Below, piece after piece: positions 26,386 to 34,729 of a stretch of 64,000 nucleotides of DNA. How positions within the stretch are numbered: the stretch's first letter is position 1; every line of letters starts with the position of its first letter. The DNA is from Bacteroidota bacterium (lineage in GTDB: Bacteria > Bacteroidota > Bacteroidia > Chitinophagales > Saprospiraceae). Location: NCBI GenBank assembly GCA_031400515.1, contig JANNQA010000042.1:4814-68813 (forward strand), written 5' to 3'. The notes under the pieces are model-generated. The model was not told the DNA's origin and made no database searches. It worked only from the letters and a program-made list of their open reading frames with translations. A program made the translations under genes and the position numbers.

Positions 26386-27498
26386 CTAATTAATTTTCCA
26401 AGTTTTCGAAGGATAGTTTAGTAAAAACCAAGTTCCTGAAAGACTAGGAAGGCCTTCGATAAAAGTCTCTTTATTAATTCCTTCGATTTGGATTGAATAA
26501 ACTCCGCCTTTTAAACTATCAGCAAAATCATGCTGATTGGTATGAATAGTAGCTGGAGTGCTGTTAATCATTTTATCTATGCTATTTCCCAAATCAAAAG
26601 CAGTAGCACCAGCATATGTAACTGCGCCGATAATTTTAAACTGAGGAATAGGAATAGCCATTGCCAGTTTAGCAACACCACGTGCTTCTGTAATTGAATC
26701 AGGTGAAGAAAATAGTAAATCAAGTTTTGCAAATGGTGTATTAATTGCAAAAGGAGTAATGTCGAAAAACCCTTCTACATTACCAATTGTGTGGTACGCA
26801 ACCTTTATCCCGTTGTATGCCAAGGAAAAATCAGACTTTAGATTTATGGCTTTCTGGAATAAACTTATACAACCTTCTTCGTCTCCGCCAACTAATAAAA
26901 AACCTACACCTTTATTCACAAAAGCATCGGCCATATCAGTTTTGATTGAAAGTGCCAAATCCCAATCTGCTGTACACTGAAGACACATCGCTTCATTTTT
27001 TAATTTCGACCACACCCATTCATTTACACCTCTAGCATTTAGGGCCAAAAAATTGTTCGGAGATAGTTCTATTGCTTTTGTAAATTCTACGTTAGCGCTA
27101 TCATACTTTTCTAATCTTGCCAATGCATCACCAAGTAAGTAATGAGAACTTGTAAAGCTAGGCTGGTTCAAAACTAATTCTTGGCAGAACGCTCGCCATT
27201 TTATCAAGGATTCGGAGTTCAGTGTATCACAAGCGCAGTAAAATTGATTCATCGCTTCATCGTAATTACCTAACGCAAGTGAAGTATGACCGTGTAATAA
27301 TCGAATAACTGGGTCCCCTTGACATATTTGATTTTTGTCCAATTTGCCTTGAAGTTTGGCAGAAGATTGCCAAGCTTCACGATAAATTTCATTTTCCAGA
27401 TAAAACTGAACTTGGCTCAAACTCTCAGTAACCTGACCTTCTAAAAATGGAGTGAAAATTGCGGAACAAAAAATGAAAATGATAACTATGATTTTCAT
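26386..27498 (-). CDS. Secreted TPR-repeat protein with an unrecognised C-terminal domain
   Basis: 370 aa with a signal peptide and TPR-like helical repeats (…GNYDEAMNQFYCA…, …KYDSANVEFTKAIELSPNNFLALNARG…). It lies 8 nt upstream of the next gene. Confidence 0.6.
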   Translation of the reverse strand: MKIIVIIFIFCSAIFTPFLEGQVTESLSQVQFYLENEIYREAWQSSAKLQGKLDKNQICQGDPVIRLLHGHTSLALGNYDEAMNQFYCACDTLNSESLIKWRAFCQELVLNQPSFTSSHYLLGDALARLEKYDSANVEFTKAIELSPNNFLALNARGVNEWVWSKLKNEAMCLQCTADWDLALSIKTDMADAFVNKGVGFLLVGGDEEGCISLFQKAINLKSDFSLAYNGIKVAYHTIGNVEGFFDITPFAINTPFAKLDLLFSSPDSITEARGVAKLAMAIPIPQFKIIGAVTYAGATAFDLGNSIDKMINSTPATIHTNQHDFADSLKGGVYSIQIEGINKETFIEGLPSLSGTWFLLNYPSKTWKIN

Positions 27499-27509
27499 TA
27501 TTAGTGAAT

Positions 27510-28013
27510 TTAATTGTTAATGAATTCGCTGTTAAAAACATCGACAGCTTTTTTAATTTGTTTTCTCTTTTTTATCGAACCGTAATAGGAAATTCCGGCA
27601 CTTACTGTCAGATTAATAGCGTCAACAACTGGAGTAGGGTTGCCATCATAATCACCGTCTCTTACTTGTTTAGCCTTCTTTATAGTATAGATAAAGGACT
27701 TGACTATCAGGGAGTAGAAAATTACCCGCCCACCAGTCTCCAGGGTTTGATACTGATAAGATTTTCTCAGCTCTCGAGCGGCATAAGGATTTGTCGCTAA
27801 AGCAGTTTTAAACTCATCGGTATATCCATACCCAAGCCCCAGCCAATGCTTTTCGATTGGTTTAGATTGTATCTCCCCAAATGAAAATTTTCCCTTCTTG
27901 AGTAATTGGATTGTTTCTCTTTTCAAGGTATCAGATACCACGGAGGCGTCTTGCCCAATAGATTGGATAAGAGCGAAAATCACGAGGTTCAGGGTTAGTA
28001 AGATATTTTTCAT
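27510..28013 (-). CDS. Small secreted hypothetical protein
   Basis: 167 aa with a signal peptide (MKNILLTLNLVIFALIQSIGQ). It lies 11 nt upstream of the TPR gene. Confidence 0.55.
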   Translation of the reverse strand: MKNILLTLNLVIFALIQSIGQDASVVSDTLKRETIQLLKKGKFSFGEIQSKPIEKHWLGLGYGYTDEFKTALATNPYAARELRKSYQYQTLETGGRVIFYSLIVKSFIYTIKKAKQVRDGDYDGNPTPVVDAINLTVSAGISYYGSIKKRKQIKKAVDVFNSEFINN

Positions 28014-28158
28014 TTGTTTATATCTAAGTAAATAATTTTTTCATTTTTAGCTTACGTTGGTTCTTATACCTGCGCAGTCCGTACCCTTCCCCTGAGCGCT
28101 GTTACATGCGCCTCGTTTTATACAATGGTGCTATAAGCTTCTAAAATAGAGGATTATA

Positions 28159-30198
28159 TCACTTATACTTTACGATCTTTCCTCGAAATGTCCCTGCATT
28201 AGCGGTCTCCAAACTCACCATATAAACTCCAGAACTTAATCCTCTAATATTAACCCTTGGACTCCCCGGATCAAACTCCTGTGAAATCACCTCCACCCCC
28301 TGAATAGCCACAATTCTCAATATACCCGCCTCCTCCGTTTGAATCTCCACATAATCACTCGCCGGATTCGGATAAATCTCCAATTCTCCAGCGATGAGAT
28401 CATGAGTACCTGAGGCAAGGCATGTCTTTCCAGGCAGATTCTCATCCATCCACCTGAGCCTTAATGACAACCAGTCGGAAAAGTAACCGACCTCCTCTGC
28501 GTAGGTGTTTCCAATGAAGAAGTTTGGCCAGACGTAGCGGGAGAGAATAGGCCAGCGCTCGTAGTTGCGGCTTTGCGTGGGTGCGAGAGTGTCGTACATA
28601 GAATCTATCCAGGCAGTGAGGACTTCTGTAGAAAGCACATTACGTCGCAATGAATCATACCGGCATCTCAACTGATCAGCATATGCAGGATCTTCAAGCA
28701 ACCTCGCCCACCACAATGGGGTATTACCGCATGCGCCGCTGTTGATATATGCCCATCCTTCGGTCGCCTGACAATTGCAATAGTCGACGTTGCCATACGC
28801 GAGATTGAAATCCCAGAGCGGACCAGCATGCAGAAGAGAGTCGATGGAATTTCGGTCTTTGAATAAGAAAGTGCTCAGACGGTATGCATCGACGTTGTGA
28901 CCTATTTCAGAAACAATGAAGAGATCAATAAATGACTCCACATCGATATAGGCGCGATATCCAACCTGCGGATCAGCAAAGTCCTTCCCATAGAGTGCAC
29001 GCTCAAACCTATCATAATAGTTCTCGATGTAGGCCTTCTGCTTAGGATGCAGATCCGGTCCTTCGGGATCTTCAAACACAACACGGATCTCCTGGTCCGC
29101 AAATGTCCCTTCATATTCTGAGACGAAGAACGAACCTTCACCATCATCGCGGTCAACTTTGAGGAGATATCCTCCGGTGAGTTTGTCGCCAGTGGTATCC
29201 TGCTCTTCGATCTTGGCGATGTTCACACGATTCTTGTCGCGCTTGATTTTTTCTTCGAGACAATAGACGCCATGATAATCGCCATTGAGAAATAATTCAC
29301 AGAAGACCGTGCGTGGCGCATAATGTCCCATGTCACGACCGAGTTTGTAAGTGAGTGCATCGCGGAGAAAACTCTTATCAGTATATGGTGCATACAGGAT
29401 CCAGTCCTCTTCTTTCGGCAGTCCGAGCAACTCTGTCTCGAGATCATCACCTTCTTCATCCCATGTCTCGAAGCCAAAACTTTTCTTGGGAAACTGTTGC
29501 GACGATGAGCCACGGACCTCGATGCCCAAATCAGAATCATGGATTGGTGTATCCGTGAGATAATTATCAAGACCCAGGTCATTATGAATGATGCGGATGC
29601 GTCCATGGATCTTCGGATCATCGGGAATGGTCAGTTGATCAGTAGTATTTAATATGACGATCGGCAGATGTGAGGATTCAAAATTCATTGGTGATGGTGC
29701 ATCGGGACCGAAAGTGATACTCCAGTCCAGTACTTCTCCGCCATCAGCGTATGCATAAGTATCGAGGACATGTAAAGTCCAGGTGCCATTGCCATCGCTG
29801 CCATTGTTCACAGTGCCGATTGGCGAGAACGGACGATACTTCGCTGTGTATGGAAAGCCACCATCAATAATGTGAACAGAGGTATCCATCGAGAAGCAGG
29901 TATTGAGATAGCCATCCTGATCACCACCGAGTGTCGCAGCGAGCATGATCGTCGTCCCATCCGGTGCAGTCAATCGCACATCGAGATCTGCCATCCACGT
30001 ATGCGTGATGTTGATACATACTTCTTTAAGACCAAAGCCTGCTGATAATGCAGATGACGGAAGATCATTGATACTGCGTGTATAAATGTTGTTCCTTCCA
30101 TCATCGTGGACGATGCCACCCGGGCCGAAGTAACTTTGGGAGAAACATGGGAAAGAAAGCAGGAAGAGGGATAGGAGGGGGAGTGTTTTGATGTGCAT
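28159..30198 (-). CDS. Secreted CotH-family protein with an N-terminal proprotein-convertase P-domain and a T9SS C-terminal sorting domain
   Basis: 679 aa with a signal peptide and a P-domain pattern (…CINITHTWMADLDVRLTAPDGTTIML…). The CotH core is recognisable (…LRDALTYKLGRDMG…YHGVYCLEEKI…). The CTD reads …ELEIYPNPASDYVEI…GVYMVSL…. Confidence 0.8.
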   Translation of the reverse strand: MHIKTLPLLSLFLLSFPCFSQSYFGPGGIVHDDGRNNIYTRSINDLPSSALSAGFGLKEVCINITHTWMADLDVRLTAPDGTTIMLAATLGGDQDGYLNTCFSMDTSVHIIDGGFPYTAKYRPFSPIGTVNNGSDGNGTWTLHVLDTYAYADGGEVLDWSITFGPDAPSPMNFESSHLPIVILNTTDQLTIPDDPKIHGRIRIIHNDLGLDNYLTDTPIHDSDLGIEVRGSSSQQFPKKSFGFETWDEEGDDLETELLGLPKEEDWILYAPYTDKSFLRDALTYKLGRDMGHYAPRTVFCELFLNGDYHGVYCLEEKIKRDKNRVNIAKIEEQDTTGDKLTGGYLLKVDRDDGEGSFFVSEYEGTFADQEIRVVFEDPEGPDLHPKQKAYIENYYDRFERALYGKDFADPQVGYRAYIDVESFIDLFIVSEIGHNVDAYRLSTFLFKDRNSIDSLLHAGPLWDFNLAYGNVDYCNCQATEGWAYINSGACGNTPLWWARLLEDPAYADQLRCRYDSLRRNVLSTEVLTAWIDSMYDTLAPTQSRNYERWPILSRYVWPNFFIGNTYAEEVGYFSDWLSLRLRWMDENLPGKTCLASGTHDLIAGELEIYPNPASDYVEIQTEEAGILRIVAIQGVEVISQEFDPGSPRVNIRGLSSGVYMVSLETANAGTFRGKIVKYK

Positions 30199-30369
30199 AG
30201 AAGAAATGTTACGAGGTACGTGTTACGAGGAAATCGGAATTTAATTAAAATGAAAATTAAAATAAAAAGGGGGAAAGGATCAACCGCCTTCGCCTGCTTC
30301 GGCGGTCGAGGACGGATCAACGGATCAAGAAGAGATCAATTCACTTCGAGACATCCGCAAGGTACCGCG

Positions 30370-30700
30370 CGAAACCTAGCAGGTTAGCTCTACCCAAGGC
30401 CGCGTGAAACCCCGCCCGACTGAAACGTCGTTCGGGCGGGCTGCCAGGTTAGCCCCACCCAAGGCCACACGAAACCATGCAGGTTAGCTCTACCCAGGGC
30501 CGCGTGAAACCCCGCCCGAGTGTACGTCGTTCGGGCGGGCTGCCAGGTTAGCCAACCATTGAACTGAAAGGGTAAGGGCGTATTTCCATTGAAGTACTTA
30601 GCTAACCTTGCAGGTTTAGCTGGGCAATGAGCGCTAGCAACACCTGCAAGGTTTAGCGCGGGTATGTGCACGCGGGGATACCTGCAAGGTTTAGCTGGGG
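30370..30700. repeat. Array of REP-like hairpin repeats
   Basis: The unit aggttagctctaccca(a/g)ggccgcgtgaaaccccgcccga…tcgggcgggctgccaggttagcc occurs twice (30381-30454 and 30481-30553). The word acctgcaaggtttagc occurs three times. Confidence 0.85.
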
Positions 30701-30866
30701 CCCTCCGCGAAACGCTCGCTCTGTAGCAGTATCGCTTCAGGGCTCGTAAGTTCTCCTGCGTCGAACGTTCCGAGGTTTGCAGCGCCGTTAAGCGTTTAGG
30801 AAAGTAAACTTACCAACAAGTTGGTCGTTTTTTGTCAGAGTTTTTTACACTATGGCAACTTTTCTT

Positions 30867-30953
30867 CAGCCCCTTCAGGGCTGCTGACATTTCTACCTTC
30901 TTTCGCAACGGGCATTGCCCGTTGCTATTGATATTAAGCCCCTTCAGGGCTTT
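30867..30953. repeat. Three GC-rich hairpins
   Basis: cagccccttcagggctg at 30867-30883, gcaacgggcattgcccgttgc at 30905-30925, and aagccccttcagggctt at 30937-30953. Confidence 0.75.
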
Positions 30954-31034
30954 CTTTTCAAACTTGTCTTGAAAAGGATTTAAACAATTAACCCCTAAAC
31001 ATTAAACATTAAACCCTTAACCAATCAAACCCCA

Positions 31035-34000
31035 TCAATCTTTTATCCCCTTCGCACTTCTATCCTCATACGGAGGACGCTTCTTTGTCACCCGCGGTTT
31101 TGTTTCAATCAACTTCATCGCTTCATCGATAGCGCGTTTCAATTGCGGATCATTTCCTTTTGCGAGTTCCGCAGGATCATCCCAGACTTCGATCGATGGT
31201 TCTATGCCATGCCCTTCGGCAAACCACTTTCCGTCCTGACCATAGAGTCGTGCATCCGGGACAGTGATGCCGCCATTGTCGATCAGTTGATGCCCTGTTG
31301 CAGGGCCCACTAAAATTCCTAATGTTCTTTCTCCGATAATAGGCCCGAGGTTCATTTGCTGGAAACCCCATGGGAATGCGTCACCACCGGAACCAGCCCA
31401 GCCGTTGATCAGCATCACTTTAGGTCCGTCGTTTCCTTTGATCGGCCATGCCATATCTCTTCCGTTGCGCCAGCCGATATAATAGAGTGAAGAACGGTTG
31501 AGCATTTCAAGAAAACGATCGGCGAGTTGACCTCCGGCATTAAAACGTTCATCGATGATGAATCCTTTTTTGTCAATCTGTCCATAGAACTGTCGCAACA
31601 ATTCTGTCTGACCATCTTCTCCGGTGTTCGGCATGTACATATACGCGAGTTGACCATTGGAAAGTGTCTCGACAGTTTTGCGATTGCCTTCGATCCATTC
31701 AAGATGTCTGAGTCTTGCTTCCTGCTGAGGAGTCAATGCTTCGATGATGACTTCTTTCGCATCTGCTCCTGAAGCGACTTTACTGATGCGTAATGAGATT
31801 GTTTTTCCGGATAGACCTTCGAACGCTGCATAGGGATCCGTCAAAGGATTTAGTTCTTTTCCATTCACGGATAAAATAAAATCACCTTCACTGACTTCTC
31901 TACCAGGGCGATCAAATGGTGAGCGTACTTCATTGTCCCATGCTGCCGGTTTTACGATCCGTTTGATTTTATACTTATTCTGATCGAGTGTCCAATCGAT
32001 GCCAAGAAAACCAGTGGGTTTTGATTCGGTCTGTTCTATATCACCGCCACCCGCATAGGTATGTCCTGCGCTGAGGTCTGAAATGAGTTCAATCAGAATA
32101 TTGCTGACATCCCATCGTGTGATCGCATAATCGATCAGTGGTCCGTATTGATTTTTCATTGCATTCCAATCCACTTGTTGCATCGCAGGATCGTAGAAGA
32201 AATCGCGATATCGTCTCCAGGTATCCGTGAAGATCTGCCGCCATTCATCGCGTGGCGTGAGCGTCATTGTCATCTCATCTGTACGCAACGTCTTTTCGAG
32301 TTTCTGATCTGCACCGACACTGATGATGCCATAGCGATTGTCCACATTGACAAGGATGGATTTCTCATCTACTGTGATATCATATCTGCCGACGTTGCCG
32401 AGGATCGTTTTCTCTTCGCGTGCTTCAAGGTCATAATACATTAATGGTGCATCACCTCCCGCGCTCCCTGTATTCGGATATCGCTGATAGATGATTTTTC
32501 CTTTCACGGCGCTCAGTTCTCCGAAATTTCCCGCACTGATTGGCAGTATGACCAGACGACTTTCAAAGTCCGCCAGATCAATTTTTACGTTGAGTGAGTC
32601 TTTCTTTACATCTTCTTTTTCTTCTGCTTTGCCTGCTTTTCCTTTTTTCTCTGCTTTTCCGGTTTTACCTATGTCACCGTCTTCACCAGTTTCCCCGGCT
32701 TTCCCTGCTTCCCCGGTTTCCCCCTCTTTTTTGATTTCAACCGTATCATTCCTTACATAAAGCGGCGATTTTGTTTTTTCCGTCAGACTTACTGCAGCGA
32801 TTTGTGTTGAGTTTGGATAAATCCATGTACCGTCGAGATTGCTGTATACCGGAGACAATGAACGGTCGGTATAGAAGTACAGATATTTTCCTTCGGGATC
32901 AAAGACAGGATAATTGTCATTATAGAAACCGGCTGTGAGTTGTGAAGCAGTTTTTGTAGTGAGATTATAGACATACAGTGCTTCATTCAGATTGTCCAAT
33001 GTTTTTGAATAAGCAAGCCATTGATTGTCGGCAGACCAACTGATGAGGAATCCTGCCAGTTGATTATACACAAGTTGATTCGTGCGATCAGCGATGATCA
33101 TCTGTCCGCTAGAAATGTCGAGGATGTTGATCTGTTGCATGTAATCCACAAATGCGAGTTTCTTACTGTCTGGTGACCAGAATAAACGGAATCCAAAACC
33201 GCTGGTGAATTTTGTGAGTTGTTTCTCCGGAGATTTGCCATCCGTGGCGAGCAGATAGATCTGGTATTCGCCATTCCTGTCGCTCCAGTAGGCGATCTGT
33301 TTTCCATCGGGTGACCATGCGGGGATCCTGTCAAATGCTCCGCTTGAGTTGGTTATGTTCTGGATATATCCATGTTCGGCAGGGAGGTTGAAGATCTCAC
33401 CACGAGCTTCCATCACGATACGCTTGCCATCGGGTGATACGTCCATTGCATTGATCATCGAATTCACTTTCACCGTACGTGACATGATGGAAGCGACGTC
33501 AGCAATGATCTTGATGTCCACTGGTTTATAGTCGTGTGTATCCGTGTTGAGGAGATATAAACGGCCGCCTGCTTCGAAGACGATTTCGGTTGGACCCAAT
33601 GACATATGATTGATATCAAAGTCACTGAAGAATGTCACTTGTTCACGTTTATTAGTTGTGGTGTGATATACCCAGACATTCCTTCTCTTGCTTTCGCCGA
33701 TATCGGAGACGTAGTAGATTTTATCCTTGTGCCATGCAGGTTTACCATCAGTAGCTGCATTGCTGGTGATATTTTCTGCAGTGTTCGTTGCAAGATCATA
33801 GATGATCACATCCGAGGCCAGACCGCCACGATATCTTTTGAAAGGATAATTCTCAGTGATGCGGGTGACGTACGCGAGTTTTGATCCATCAGGTGAGAAA
33901 CTTCCGAGTTCGCCATAGGGGATTGAGAGTTTTTGCGGCAAACCACCATTTGTAGAAGCGAGATAGAACTGACCATAAGCCTGTGTACCACTTTCTCTGC

Positions 34001-34373
34001 GGGAAACAATCAAGAGTCGGTTGCCATCGGGATGCCAGTCGACCATGCGGTCTGAAAATGAATGATAGGTCAGACGTTGTGGGCTACCTCCCGTCAATGA
34101 CATCGTGTATATATCAACGTTGCCATTATAATTTGCACTATAGCCTATCGTATTTCCATCGGGAGAAAAGCGTGGAAACGATTCTTCGCCGGGAGATGAT
34201 GAGATCTTGAAAGCAGTACCACCTGACTTCGGAACCAGCCAGATATCACCACCGTAGACAAACGTGATTTGAGTAGCAGAGACATCTGGATAGCGAAAGA
34301 GCCGGGCATCGGTTTGAGTGAATGCAACGCTGGCTATTGCCAAGCAACAGCATACGAGGAAAGATTTTTTCAT
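31035..34373 (-). CDS. Tricorn-protease-like S41 peptidase (beta-propeller + PDZ + S41 domains)
   Basis: 1112 aa from the Met at 34373 (MKKSFLVCCCLAIASVAFTQ signal peptide). The pattern RYPDVSATQITFVYGGDIWLV…FSPDG… is typical of tricorn homologs, and the C-terminus is S41-like. Confidence 0.85.
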   Translation of the reverse strand: MKKSFLVCCCLAIASVAFTQTDARLFRYPDVSATQITFVYGGDIWLVPKSGGTAFKISSSPGEESFPRFSPDGNTIGYSANYNGNVDIYTMSLTGGSPQRLTYHSFSDRMVDWHPDGNRLLIVSRRESGTQAYGQFYLASTNGGLPQKLSIPYGELGSFSPDGSKLAYVTRITENYPFKRYRGGLASDVIIYDLATNTAENITSNAATDGKPAWHKDKIYYVSDIGESKRRNVWVYHTTTNKREQVTFFSDFDINHMSLGPTEIVFEAGGRLYLLNTDTHDYKPVDIKIIADVASIMSRTVKVNSMINAMDVSPDGKRIVMEARGEIFNLPAEHGYIQNITNSSGAFDRIPAWSPDGKQIAYWSDRNGEYQIYLLATDGKSPEKQLTKFTSGFGFRLFWSPDSKKLAFVDYMQQINILDISSGQMIIADRTNQLVYNQLAGFLISWSADNQWLAYSKTLDNLNEALYVYNLTTKTASQLTAGFYNDNYPVFDPEGKYLYFYTDRSLSPVYSNLDGTWIYPNSTQIAAVSLTEKTKSPLYVRNDTVEIKKEGETGEAGKAGETGEDGDIGKTGKAEKKGKAGKAEEKEDVKKDSLNVKIDLADFESRLVILPISAGNFGELSAVKGKIIYQRYPNTGSAGGDAPLMYYDLEAREEKTILGNVGRYDITVDEKSILVNVDNRYGIISVGADQKLEKTLRTDEMTMTLTPRDEWRQIFTDTWRRYRDFFYDPAMQQVDWNAMKNQYGPLIDYAITRWDVSNILIELISDLSAGHTYAGGGDIEQTESKPTGFLGIDWTLDQNKYKIKRIVKPAAWDNEVRSPFDRPGREVSEGDFILSVNGKELNPLTDPYAAFEGLSGKTISLRISKVASGADAKEVIIEALTPQQEARLRHLEWIEGNRKTVETLSNGQLAYMYMPNTGEDGQTELLRQFYGQIDKKGFIIDERFNAGGQLADRFLEMLNRSSLYYIGWRNGRDMAWPIKGNDGPKVMLINGWAGSGGDAFPWGFQQMNLGPIIGERTLGILVGPATGHQLIDNGGITVPDARLYGQDGKWFAEGHGIEPSIEVWDDPAELAKGNDPQLKRAIDEAMKLIETKPRVTKKRPPYEDRSAKGIKD

Positions 34374-34729
34374 AGAAACAAGGATATTTTGAAGTGAGGT
34401 CAAGATAGCTGAATTCATAAACTGTGATGGCAGATATAGCATTAAGGGAGAAGCAGTGGGGAAGGAGATAGGTAGCAAAAGATCAAGACAGCCCAGCCAG
34501 GAGTTGAATTTCGACGCCCGCCTGACTGCGCTTTCGCGAAGCTTCAGCGGAGCGAAGCCGGACGGGCAGGAAATTCGAACGGCAATAATATGTTTCCCGT
34601 TCATTCCTAACCATTTGAGTTTTTGTCTGATTACGATCGACCCATTTTTATCTGGCACATCGCTCTAGTGCTTTTCTTTTAATAATCAGTTGAACCTGGC
34701 TTCAGGGAAATCTAAAAATGGCCCCGAAC

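Noticed and set aside
17626-28158. Calling the accessory segment a defined mobile element (ICE, prophage or transposon).
   Set aside because: I could recognise no integrase, transposase, conjugation or phage structural genes and no tRNA target. Only composition and gene remnants support horizontal origin.
30390-30671. A 93-aa ORF, and similar ORFs at 7580..8056, 10196..10536 and 17612..17887.
   Set aside because: They are translations across REP-like hairpin repeats and have low-complexity or Arg-rich composition, so they are not genes.
32616-32723. A genuine collagen-like domain in the tricorn protease.
   Set aside because: There are only 8 Gly-X-Y triplets, encoded by the same 9-nt microsatellite found in non-coding DNA. 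It is more likely a repeat expansion in a linker than a triple-helix module.
34374-34658. A 95-aa N-terminal extension of the tricorn ORF in the six-frame track.
   Set aside because: A canonical signal peptide (MKKSFLVCCCLAIASVAFTQ) starts at the Met at 34373. The extension has no protein-like features.
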